A stretch of DNA of 64,000 bases, taken from assembly GCA_002269645.1 (NCBI GenBank), contig NIVC01000086.1, positions 8,755 to 72,754 on the forward strand, read 5' to 3'. Numbering within the stretch: position 1 is the first letter of the stretch; each line of letters starts with the position of its first letter. A program made the translations under genes and the position numbers. Below are positions 1-11,549 of this stretch, piece by piece. The stretch is from Macrostomum lignano (Eukaryota). Below the pieces are notes generated by a model, which worked only from the letters and a program-made list of their open reading frames with translations, had not been told where the DNA came from and searched no databases.

Positions 1-650
1 ATTAACCCCCCCCCCATACCATTAACCCCCACCCCAGATACCATTAACCCCCCCCCATACCATTAACCCCTACCCCAGATACCATTAACCCCCCATACCA
101 TTAACCCCTACCCCAGATACCATTAACCCCCACCCCAGACACCATTAACCCCACCCCAGACACCATTAACCCCCACCCCAAATACCATTAACCCCCACCC
201 CAGACACCATTAACCCCTACCCCAGATACCATTAACCCCCCATACCATTAACCCCTACCCCAGATACCATTAACCCCACCCCAGACACCATTAACCCCCA
301 CCCCAGACACCATTAACCCCCACCCCAGACACCATTAACCCCCACCCCAGATACCATTAACCCCCACCCCAGACACCATTAACCCCCACCCCAAATACCA
401 TTAACCCCCACCCCAGATAACATTAACCCCCATACCATTAACCCCTACCCCAGATAACATTAACCCCCCATACCATTAACCCCTACCCCAGATACCATTA
501 ACCCCCACCCCAAATACCATTAACCCCACCCCAGATACCATTAACCCCCACCCCAGATACCATTTACCCCCACCCCAGATACCATTAACCCCCACCCCAG
601 ATACCATTAACCCCCCCCCCGATCCCATTAACCTCCCAGATCCCATTAAT
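1..650. repeat. ~22-bp minisatellite (accattaacccccaccccagat)
   Basis: Tandem copies visible from position 1, with length variants. Confidence 0.95.
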
Positions 651-673
651 TCCCCCCAGTTACCAACCATTAA

Positions 674-1231
674 CAGTAGGAATACCAAGCCATTTTTCCG
701 CCCGTCGAACTACCAAGAGGGGGGATCCCTCCTGACAATTTTTTTGCTGCGCCGGAACGGAGCAACGCAGGCACACGAAATTCAAGAACACGGGCTAACT
801 TTTTGTTGCGCACCTTCTCAAACAAGAATCAAGTTCAGGGTGTTCATAGTCACCTGGTGCCACCTGTTGAAGGTCCAGAAGCTCCACCTGGGTAAAGCCC
901 AGTGACCAACGAAGTCAGAACTTATGCAGACACATGTGGTCGACGTTCTGATAAAATTTGGGGACTTGGCAAGGCTGCACTGAAGCGCAGTGCTGATTGG
1001 CGCACAGGGGTGCACTGAATACACTGGCGCTTATGGGAAAAATCCGACCTTCTGGCAGAATCGTCGAATATCTCGACGGTCTAGAGGGCTGGCGACTTGA
1101 TTCTTGTTTGAGAAGGTGCGCAACAAAAAGTTAGCCCGTGTTCTTGAATTTCGTGTGCCTGCGTTGCTCCGTTCCGGCGCAGCAAAAAAATTGTCAGAGG
1201 GGGAAATCCCCCCCTCTTGGTAGTTCTACTG
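674..1231. mobile_element. Non-autonomous DNA transposon/MITE with long inverted repeats and TTAA flanks
   Basis: Near-perfect ~128-bp inverted repeat at 707-834 versus 1095-1226. Termini are CAGTAG...CTACTG, flanked by TTAA at 670-673 and 1232-1235. Confidence 0.8.
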
Positions 1232-1403
1232 TTAATCCCTCCGGATCCCAATCACCCCTCCAGATCCCAAGAATTCCCAGGTTACAATGCTCCCAAGATC
1301 CTTTGATTTCCAGGTTGTTAATGCCCCCAGATGTCAAATATTTGGGATCCTTGAAGCCGGAGTGTAATCCCATATTATTCCATGAAATACCTCTCCATTA
1401 CAG

Positions 1404-3694
1404 CTCCCAGCCACCTTCATCGACCTCCGACTTTCCTAATCAGCCAACGGCGAGTTTCCCTCCTGCCAATGGCGCTTCTGCCTCTACCGCCGCAGCTACT
1501 TCCGCCGCTACACTTCCGCTGCCTCCTCCGCCGTCTCCGCTCCCGCCCCCGCACCCGCATTCGCCTGCGGCAATGCAGTCGTTAACTCTGCTAAGCCAGC
1601 TGGCCACTATCGATTCTCCAACGTTTAGCCTTAGCGACGTGTCTGCTAGCGGCGTGGCCGAGACCCCGGCCAGGCTGGCCTACACGCTGACGCTGTGCAC
1701 GGACAGGCTCATTGCCGACCTGGTCAAGTTTGCCAAAGCTGTGCCCGGATTTGGCCCGCTGCCAATGCAGGACAAGGCGAGTTAATTGGGTGGCGTGGGA
1801 GGTGATTCTCATCATATCTGGCATTATTCTGGAATTCTAGGATCCCCATTCTGGGATTCTGGGATCCCCATTCTGGGATTCTGGGATCCCCATTCTGGGA
1901 TTCTAGGATCCCCATTCTGGGATTCTGGGATCCCCATTCTGGGATTCTGGGATCCCCATTCTGGGATTCTGAGATCCCCATTCTGGAATTCTGGGATCCC
2001 CATTCTGGGATTCTGGATCCCCATTCTGGGATTCTGGGATCCCCATTCTGGGATTCTGGGACCCCCATTCTGGAATTCTGGGATCCCCATTCTGGGATTC
2101 TGAGGTCCCCATTCTGGAATTCTGGGATCCCCATTCTGGGATTCTGAGATCCCCATTCTAAGATTCTGAGATCCCCATTCTGGAATTCTGGAATATCCCA
2201 TTCTGGGATTCTGGAATATCCCATTCTGAAATTCTGGGATCCCCATTCTGGAATTTTGGGATCCCCATTCTGGAATTCTGGAATATCCCATTCTAGGATT
2301 CTGGAATATCCCATTCTAGGATTCTGGAATATCCCATTCTGGAATTCTGGAATATCCCATTCTAGGATTCTGGAATATCCCATTCTGGATTCTGGAATAT
2401 CCCATTCTAGGATTCTGGAATATCCCATTCTGGAATTCTGGAATATCCCATTCTAGGATTCTGGAATATCCCATTCTGGGATTCTGGAATATCCCATTCT
2501 GGAATTCGGATATCCCGTTCTGAGCTTCTGAGAACAGCAATTCTTGAATTGCGGCGAGTCTCGTTCTTGAATTTTCTTGGATTGTAATATCCTTTTTTAG
2601 AAACTCTAGAATCCCGAAGTTTAGCTAATACGATAGGCGTCCTTTATCTCTTTTGGCAGGTGCTATTGTTGCAGCTTCACTGCCTTGAATTAATCGCATT
2701 TGAGGTAGCGATGAACTCAGTCCCCTACAATGGCAACATCGTGTTCTGCTCAGACCTGAGTATAAATGAAGCATACGGTCTTCAATTTCGCGGCTTCTTC
2801 TCGCCGAAAACTGGTCAACACCTGCGCTGCTTGATTCGATGGCTTACCCTGTGGCAGGTGACTGGAATTCATTTCTGTCAAGAAGAGTGTTGAATTATAG
2901 GAGTGAATTTTTTTTACAAATTAGAAAGTTTAGCGCCTGTTGAGCTCTTAATGGAAGGGTTACTGAAGTTGCGCATTCGTGGGCGTGTTGGGGGAGGGTT
3001 AGAGCCAGTGTACATTAATAGGCGTGTTGAGGGGAGGGTTAGAGCCAGTTTACATTAATAGGCGTGTTGAGGGGAGGGTTAGAGCCAGTGTACATTAATA
3101 GGCGTGTTGAGGGTAGGAGCGGGTGTACATTAATAGGCGTGTTGAGGGTAGGAGCGGGTGTACATTACATTAATAGGCGTGTTGAGGGGAGGGCTTAAAG
3201 CTGGTGTACTGTTGAGGGGCGTGTTGAGGGGAGGGTTGAGAGCAGGTGTACATTAATAGTCGTGTTGAGGGGAGGGTTTAGAAAAGGGGGCTGTACATTC
3301 TCGGAAAGTATTTGGGCACACTTTTGTTACGTGCTTTTTTTTAATCAAATTTTCTTAATTTCTCTTTCTTCAGGTAACCCGATCGGAATTTCTGCTTCTA
3401 AAAGCAATATTTTTATTTGAGGGTTCTGCCGGACATGGCTGGCAAGATCCTGGCCAAATCGAGCTGGTGCAGACCAGCTACCTGCGCGAGTTGCGCCAGC
3501 TCTGCCCGGATAGCCTGCGCCGCAGCAGTCTGCTGCTGCTTATGAACAACCTGATGGCGTTGAAGATTGCTTCAGTTGGTTTCTGGTCTACTGTTGTACG
3601 TAGCAACGCCTTCCTGCCGCCGCAGCTCGTGTCCGAGATGCTGGAGTTTTCGTTGAATGAATTTCCTCACGCTGTATCGTCGAGGCGGATTTAA
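1404..3694 (+). CDS. Nuclear hormone receptor, hinge and ligand-binding domain exons (paralog 1; DBD upstream of the window)
   Basis: Exons are ~1404(start uncertain)-1776, 2660-2857 and 3374-3694, all joined in phase 0. Spliced LBD: LVKFAKAVPGFGPLPMQDK|VLLLQ (the NR signature F/WAK..PGF..L...DQ..LL), then WQ|[15 protein letters not shown], and an AF-2-like PQLVSEML. The first intron uses a GC donor (AAG|GCGAGT). Confidence 0.85.
1826..2520. repeat. 22/23-bp minisatellite (ctgggatccccattctgggatt / ctggaatatcccattctaggatt) in intron of NR paralog 1
   Basis: Tandem units of two subtypes; explains the repetitive ORFs at 1724-2540. Confidence 0.95.
2985..3295. repeat. ~37-40-bp minisatellite with GTGTACATT core, intronic
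   Basis: Repeated gtgtacattaataggcgtgttgaggggaggg. Confidence 0.9.
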
Positions 3695-3744
3695 TCTAGC
3701 AAATTTGTCGATTTATTAACTTATTGGCACACTTTGATGACTGG

Positions 3745-4125
3745 AAAGGGTTTGGGCGTGTGTACATTGGCTGGGGTGGGGAAGGGTTTGGGCGTGTGTA
3801 CATTGGCTGGGATAGTGAAGGAATTGAGCGTGTGTACATTGGCTGGGATAGTGAAGGATTTGAGCGTGTGTACATTGGCTGGGGTTGGGAAGGAATTGAG
3901 CGTGTGTACATTGGCTGGGGTAGTGAAGGACTTGAGCGTGTGTACATTGGCTGGGGTAGTGAAGGATTTGAGCGTGTGTACATTGGCTGGGATAGTGAAG
4001 GATTTGAGCGTGTGTACATTGGCTGGGGTAGGGAAGGATTTGAGCGTGTGTACATTGGCTGGGGTAGGGAAGGATTTGAGCGTGTGTACATTGGCTGGGG
4101 TAGGGAAGGATTTGAGCGTGTATAC
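3745..4125. repeat. 33-bp minisatellite (gagcgtgtgtacattggctggggtagtgaaggattt)
   Basis: 11-aa periodicity in the overlapping spurious ORFs. Confidence 0.95.
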
Positions 4126-4884
4126 TGTGGCTTATTAGCAATCGTTTATAATCAATCGAGTTTTACGGCTATTTGTACAGAGTCGCGCACAATTTGACTC
4201 TGTTAGTTTGATTCTGAGCAGCATACAGTATTTGAATTTCTATCATTTTAACCAACGACTCTACTCATACGTGTAACAGTGACTTTTCCCTGATGCCTTC
4301 GAAATCGTTTAGCAAGTTTATTAAATGCAACAATGCTTTTTGAAATCCTTATAATTCGATTATTTTAGTCTTACTCACTGCCTTAATCGTCTTAGATTCC
4401 TAGCAGGACTTGTTAAACCGTTTAAAGCCATCATTGTTATTCCGATTGCTACATTTTTACAATTTTACTGATGTATAACTATTATATTAAAGGGTCAGAA
4501 GCTGTGATTTATTTATTTTTACGCCCTGCCTTTCAATGTCCTTCCACGCTTTTGTTAATGACCTGATTGATTACTTTTTAAAGTAGACATCATTCCAATT
4601 AGATTAGTAGGAACCTGTATTTAATTGTATTTGGATGGAAGTAATGTATTCCAATAAAATCCCACATTATCGCTTTGTACCAAAAATACTTCTACATAAT
4701 AATAATAATAATAATAAAGGTTTCAATTTTTATGCTTTTTTCTATTTTTCAAAATTTTTGAACTGTATTGGAAATATTAAGTTGACCAAGTTGTTCTCAC
4801 TCAGTATTATCGTACTGAGATCTTTAAGTAGATTCATTAGATTCGTTAAGGCAATACAGTTTTCAGAACTGGAGCATTAAATAG

Positions 4885-5490
4885 TGGGTTTGAAGCGTCT
4901 GTGCATTGGCTGGGGCAGTGAAGGTTTTGAGCGTGTGTACATTGGCTGGGGCAGTGAATGTTTTAAGCGGGTGTACATTGGCTGGGGTAGTGAATGTTTT
5001 AAGCGGGTGTACATTGGCTGGGGTAGTGAATGTTTTAAGCGGGTGTACATTGGCTGGGGTAGTGAATGTTTTAAGCGGGTGTACATTGGCTGGGGTAGTG
5101 AATGTTTTAAGCGGGTGTACATTGGCTGGGGTAGTGAATGTTTTAAGCGGGTGTACATTGGCTGGGGTAGTGAATGTTTTAAGCGGGTGTACATTGGCTG
5201 GGGTAGTGAATGTTTTAAGCGGGTGTACATTGGCTGGGGTAGTGAATGTTTTAAGCGGGTGTACATTGGCTGGGGTAGTGAATGTTTTAAGCGGGTGTAC
5301 ATTGGCTGGGGTAGTGAATGTTTTAAGCGGGTGTACATTGGCTGGGGCAGTGAAGTGTTTGATGTGCGGGTGTACATTGGCTGGGGTAGTGAAGGTTTTG
5401 AGCGTGTGTACGTTGGTGGGGTTGGGGAAGGGTTTGAGCGTGTGTAAATTGACTGGGATATAGTGAAGGGTTTGATTATGTGTACATTAG
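4885..5490. repeat. 33-bp minisatellite, same family as 3745-4125
   Basis: Repeated gggtgtacattggctggggtagtgaatgttttaagc. Confidence 0.95.
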
Positions 5491-5743
5491 TGAGGGGAAG
5501 GTGAGTTAAGATGTTTGAGATTGAGATGTATCTAAGTGGTGTGTTAGGTTTTTTTTGTAAATCCTTGGTTTGAGCGCCTAAAATTTAAAGCTTAAGTCAG
5601 ATATACTAAAAATGAAAACTTTTTTTAGCTAAATCTTCGAAATCAAATTCTGACTTCAGAGCCAGCAAAGTCGACGCAGACAGTAACAGCCATCTTGCAG
5701 CTACAGGCAAAGGTTGCCGCAGACTGAGTCCCAACACTTCCTC

Positions 5744-5968
5744 ATGACCGACTACTCCGACCCACTGAACCCTCAATTTTCTGGCGTCGGTTTGTGCGCC
5801 GTCTGTGGCCTGACCGCCACCGGCGTGCACTACGGAGCCGCTACGTGCAATGCTTGTAAAGCTTTCTTTAAGCGGACTGTGCACTCCTGCCTGACTTACC
5901 TGTGCGCTAGCAGTACCGACGGCCAGTACCAGCCGTTTCTGCAGGTGAGAGGATTGACTTGCTATGCA

Positions 5969-6029
<61 letters not shown>

Positions 6030-6030
6030 G

Positions 6031-6063
<33 letters not shown>

Positions 6064-6074
6064 GTCTGTCTGTG

Positions 6075-6133
<59 letters not shown>

Positions 6134-6146
6134 GTGTCTGTCTGTG

Positions 6147-6197
<51 letters not shown>

Positions 6198-6198
6198 G

Positions 6199-6241
<43 letters not shown>

Positions 6242-6242
6242 G

Positions 6243-6277
<35 letters not shown>

Positions 6278-6334
6278 GTCTGTCTGTCTGTCTGTCTGTG
6301 TGTCTGTGTGCCTGTGTCTGTCTGTCTGTCTGTG

Positions 6335-6409
<75 letters not shown>

Positions 6410-6494
6410 GTGTCTGTGTCTGTCTGTCTGTCTGTGTGTCTGTGTGCCTGTGTCTGTCTGTCTGTCTGTGTGTCTGTCTGTCTGTCTGTCTGTG

Positions 6495-6525
<31 letters not shown>

Positions 6526-6526
6526 G

Positions 6527-6569
<43 letters not shown>

Positions 6570-6652
6570 GTGTCTGTGTCTGTCTGTCTGTCTGTGTTTC
6601 TGTGTCGGTCTGTCTGTCTGTCCGTCTGTCTGTGTGTGTGTCTGTGTGTCTG

Positions 6653-6700
<48 letters not shown>

Positions 6701-8155
6701 ACAGCCTCAGCCGCAGCACAGTCCCCGCCCGTCCCCCAATTCAGGACCCGAAACAGCAGTCGCCGCTGTGTCCGGTGAACAACGCCAGCCGGAAGCAGTG
6801 CCCCGCCTGCCGGTGGCGCCGCTGCCTCATGTCCGGGATGCAGCCGGGCATGCTGCGCACGGTAGCTCCTGGCACCGAGTCGGAGCGATACCCCCGGCTG
6901 CACCGGGCTGAGGCTTCAGCCGCCAGGGCCGCTGCCAGAGCCGCCGCTCGAGCCGCCGCCGCGGCGAATCAAGCAGCTTCTGGTCCGGCAGCTTCAACGA
7001 ATTCCAGCGCTGACACGCCGCGCACAGCCTCACCGTCTGCTGGAGAAGTCGAAAGCGAACTGTGCAAAGTAAGGAGCTCCGCGTATGTCTGCCCGCACCC
7101 TCTTGAGCCTCTGTACCTGTTCCTGAGTTCATATTTTACAGCCAGCGCTGAGGCAAATTCTGGCCATTCTGCTGACTCCTGAGCAACATACAAGCGCACC
7201 AATACTGTACGCAGACACAGCACTCATACACAGCTCACACAGGTGTACAGTGGCCCCTGACTTTCTAATCGTCTTTGAGGGGTTGGCCCTCATGGCTGTG
7301 ATGTAACGCACGGCATCGAACCAGGGTTCGCGGCGCAAGATTCAGACGCTGCTCTGCCAACACCCGGCCGCCCCACACCTCTAGAAGCTCAGCAACCGTT
7401 GTGAATGCCTCTCAGTAACTTGAATATATGCATCGCCTGACCGTCGGTTGCAGACCATCCGCTCCATGGACAGGCCCCAGTTCTCAATGGAAACATCAAC
7501 AATGGGCGAAGATTTCCTCTCCGTGGAGCCGCGCGAACTGGCCGTGATTGTCCTGCCCTGTCTGGATGCCCACTCGGCCAGGCTGGTACAGTTCGCCAAA
7601 GACCTGCCGGGCTTCAGCCGGGTCGCCATGCCCGACCGCATCCGCCTGTTGCAGGCCCACTGGGCCGGTCTGGTCTCATTCGAGCTGTCCATGAACTCGG
7701 TGCCCTTCACCGGCCTGCTGTACTTCGCGGCCAACGTCTGCGTGCCCCCAGGCCGGGTGAGCGCGTTCAACAGCAGCCTGGCCATGCGTGCCAGCCAGCA
7801 GATTCGATTGACAGCTCGACTGCTCACCGAGTGGAACGTCAGTCGCATCGAATTCCTGCTGCTAAAAGCAATCTTTATGCTGCAGTGCCCGCCAGGCCAG
7901 CATTTCGACAATCCGGACGAAATCGACAAGTTGCAGTCGACTTTTCTTAGAGAGCTTCGCCGAATCTGTCCGGATGTTGTCCGCCGCGGCAAATTGATGG
8001 CTCTGTCAGGCCGCATCAACTCGATTCGATTATTCTGTTTGGGCTTCTGGTCCTCCTATTTTGATAGGCAGGCCATTAGAATGCCGCAGCTTTTCTCTGA
8101 GATGCTGCAATCTTCGGTTAACAGCGAGCCGTCTTTGGTTACTATGGACGCGTAG
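5744..8155 (+). CDS. Nuclear hormone receptor with C4 zinc-finger DBD and LBD (paralog 2), ~408 aa
   Basis: Exons are 5744-5944 ([29 protein letters not shown]...C), 6745-7068 (…[24 protein letters not shown] plus an Ala-rich hinge) and 7454-8155 (LBD: [11 protein letters not shown]...[23 protein letters not shown]). All are GT-AG phase-0 junctions. The start Met and the 6745 acceptor are inferred from frame. Confidence 0.88.
5968..6700. repeat. (TCTG)n microsatellite in the DBD intron of NR paralog 2
   Basis: Tetranucleotide run with TG interruptions. Confidence 0.97.
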
Positions 8156-8530
8156 GTTACTATGTTAACTATAGACGCGTAGGTTATAGTCGTGTAGGTT
8201 ACTATGGTAACTATAGACGCGTAGGTTACTATGGTAACTATAGACGCGTAGGTTACTATGGTAAATATAGACGCGTTGGTTACTATAGACGCGTAGGTTA
8301 CTATGGTAACTATAGACGCGTTGGTTACTATGATAACTATAGACGCGTAGTTTACTATGGTAACTATAGACGCGTAGGTTACTATGGTAACTATAGACGC
8401 GTTGGTTACTATAGACGCGTAGGTTACTATAGTTACTATGGTTACTATTATGATGTAGTTTACTATGGTTACTATGGTTACTATGACCACGTAGTTTACT
8501 ATGGCTACTATGATTGCGTAGGTTACTATG
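8136..8530. repeat. ~27-bp minisatellite (gttactatggtaactatagacgcgtag) starting in the last codons of NR paralog 2
   Basis: The first unit overlaps VTMDA and the TAG stop. Confidence 0.9.
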
Positions 8531-9049
8531 GTATTCTTTGCTTTACATGTCTTTGATGTTGTCTCCTGTATTTACCTGCTTCTCTTGTCTTTAATCTTCT
8601 CTTCTTGTATGTCTCTTTCAAAAAAAATTATCGAATTAATATTTACGAAAAAGAACTTTCGATCAAGACGCTCTGTTAGTTTACAGGCGGCACACTTTTC
8701 GCTAGCAAGTGTTGTCAGAGAATATCCAGTCACAGTGTCTGCACATGTTATTTTTTGCACATTGAATCTCTATTGTAGGCTAATGATGTGTAAGCTTCTG
8801 TCCCTGGGAACTGCTTGATTGCGTAGCTACAGTTTCATTACAATCCAGATTCCATTGCATTATGCATGTCATGCTTGTTTTTATCTGCACTCGCAACTGT
8901 CTGCGTCCAATTGGACTACTACTAACAGTAGCCACCGTGCGAGTGTATTAATATTGAAGTTTATCGCTTTTTTTGCTTTACATTCAGGCTGGCTAAATTC
9001 TGAACTAAGTATTAAATCAGCTGCTAAGGTAGATTGACACCAAAAGATA

Positions 9050-9555
9050 CGGACATTTAGACAAATGGAAATTTAGACACACCGACATTTAGACACATGG
9101 TGGGCCCTCAGACACATGGAAATTTTGACACACCGACATTTAGACACATGGTGGGCCCTCAGACATTAAAATTTTGACACACGGACATTTAGACACATGG
9201 TGGGCCCTCAAACACATGGAAATTTTGACACACCGACATTTAGACACATGGTGGGCCCTCAGACATTAAAATTTTGACACACGGACATTTAGACACATGG
9301 TGGGCCCTCAGACACATGGAAATTTTGACACAAGGACATTTAGACACATGGTGGGCCTTCAGACACATGGAAATTTTGACACATGGACATTTAGACACAT
9401 GGTGGGCCCTCAGACACATGGAAATTTTGACACAAGGACATTTAGACACATGGTGGGCCTTCAGACACATGGAAATTTTGACACACCGACATTTAGACAC
9501 ACGGACACCAAGACAGATGGAAATGTAAACATATGGACATTTATACACATGGTAC
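9050..9555. repeat. 51-bp minisatellite (gacatttagacacatggtgggccctcagacacatggaaattttgacacacc)
   Basis: About 9-10 tandem copies. Confidence 0.93.
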
Positions 9556-9877
9556 ACACGGTCTTATTCATGACACTGTTACTAGCTGCAAATTTTCCTA
9601 CATCAATATGCCTTGCTCTCGTTTGCTACAAGGCCTTTGCTTTTATAATCATGTCTTGCCCTCAGTGCTAAATACTCAGTGCTAAGTATTAGCTAATTCC
9701 TTCTATGTACGCACATTCCAACGCCAGAATTTTTTGTTATTCTGGTTGATCGCATTGAGCCCTTCGAATTTTGTATTATTGTTGTCAAAGCAGAGCATAC
9801 CTGCCAATGCACTTGCAGAGGCTTCTGTGTCCTTGTCGCAGTTAATTCACCGTTCACGGTTGTTAGTTTTTCCTACA

Positions 9878-10420
9878 CCCTGACACCACCCCATCCTGCC
9901 TCAGATCCTCAACCCTGACACCACCCTATTTTTCCTCAGATCCTCCACTCTGACACTACCCCATCCTGCCTCAGATCCTCCACCCTGACACCACCCCATC
10001 CTTCCTCAGATCCTCCACCCTGACACCACCCCATCCTGCCTCAGATCCTCCACCCTGACACCACCCCATCCTGCCTCAGATCCTCCACCCTGACACCACC
10101 CCATCCTGCCTCAGATCCTCCACTCTGACACCACCCCATCCTGCCTCAGATCCTCCACCCTGACACCACCCCATCCTGCCTCAGATCCTCCACCCTGACA
10201 CCACCCCATCCTGCCTCAGATCCTCCACCCTGACACCACCCCATCCTGCCTCAGATCCTCCACTCTGACTCCACCTCATCCTCAGATCCTCCACTCTGAC
10301 TCCACTGCATCCTCAGATCCTCCACTCTGACTCCACCTCATCCTCAGATCCTCCACTCTGACTCCACCTCATCCTCAGATCCTCCACTCTGACTCCACTT
10401 CATCCTCAGATCTTCCACTC
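9878..10420. repeat. 35/31-bp minisatellite (cctcagatcctccaccctgacaccaccccatcctg)
   Basis: Tandem copies; a shorter subtype occurs at the right end. Confidence 0.93.
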
Positions 10421-10964
10421 TAACCTCAATCAAAGCTTTTAATGTATTATTTCATGTATTGTTATCGAACATATTTTGTCTAGTGCTTGCTTTGCGCTTT
10501 TCTGTAAAAAATAAAAAGTTATTAAAAATTTAGATTGTAAACTAAATCGAGTGTTTACAATGCTACTTCACTATCTGTCAGTTTGTGCATAGAATAACAA
10601 TCCTGTTTCCTGACGAATTAATTTTCGGTAGATAACTGCCCGAAACGATTTGCTCATTTAGGTTTATTAATTTAGCTTTGTGAAAATAAACTACCTGTCT
10701 AAATTATAGATAGATAAGGCCGCGAGCGCAAATCAGTGTGTGACCTTTCGCTCTGAGTTTTATACATGACAAAAATCGGTTAATTAGTTATCAATTAAAA
10801 GTGCAAGAGAGCCTCATGCTAGCAGGAGTACATGTAGTATTGACCGCACAGTGTTAAAGTACATGTTCGAGAGTACAAGTGGAAAGTGAGTGATGGTGTG
10901 CGAGTGGTTAGATAACAGGTGAATTTTCACCTGTTAGACACGGAGTGCAATATTTTAAACATAT

Positions 10965-11408
10965 ATCTACCTGTTTGAACACCCATATCCACCTGTTTGA
11001 ACACCCATATCCACCTGTTTGAACACCCATATCTACCTGTCTGAACACCCATATCTACCTGTCTGAACACCCATATCTACCTGTTTGAACACCCATATCC
11101 ACCTGTTTGAACACCCATATCCACCTGTTTGAACACCCATATCCACCTGTTTGAACACTCATATCCACCTGTTTGAACACTCATATCCACCTGTTTGAAC
11201 ACCCATATCCACCTGTTTGAACACCCATATCCACCTGTTTGAACACCCATATCCACCTGTTTGAACACCCATATCTGTCTGTTTGAACACCCATATCTAA
11301 CTGTTTGAACACCCATATCCACCTGTTTGAACACCCATATCTGTCTGTTTGAACACCCATATCTAACTGTTTGAACACCCATATCCACCTGTTTGAACAC
11401 CCATATCT
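10965..11408. repeat. 22-bp minisatellite (acctgtttgaacacccatatcc)
   Basis: About 20 tandem copies. Confidence 0.95.
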
Positions 11409-11549
11409 GATAGATTGTACAAGCACAAGTCTGGCAACTATATATATAAAGTCCCTACCGTCTGTACATTCAATCTGAGCAATGACGGATCGCCAGCTAC
11501 AAGTCAAGAGATTCACAGTCGCTAATAATTTGGCTGTTCCGCTAATAAC

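Noticed and set aside
1138-1403. N-terminal part of the 215-aa ORF as nuclear receptor sequence
   Set aside because: It begins inside the MITE right arm and degenerate repeat sequence, so it is probably intronic. The true acceptor (1404 or 1444) is unresolved.
5945-6744. Long CLSV-repeat ORFs seemingly continuous with the zinc finger
   Set aside because: (TCTG)n lacks stops in any frame. Donor CAG|GTGAGA and a phase-matched acceptor remove it, and read-through would be out of frame with the second zinc finger.
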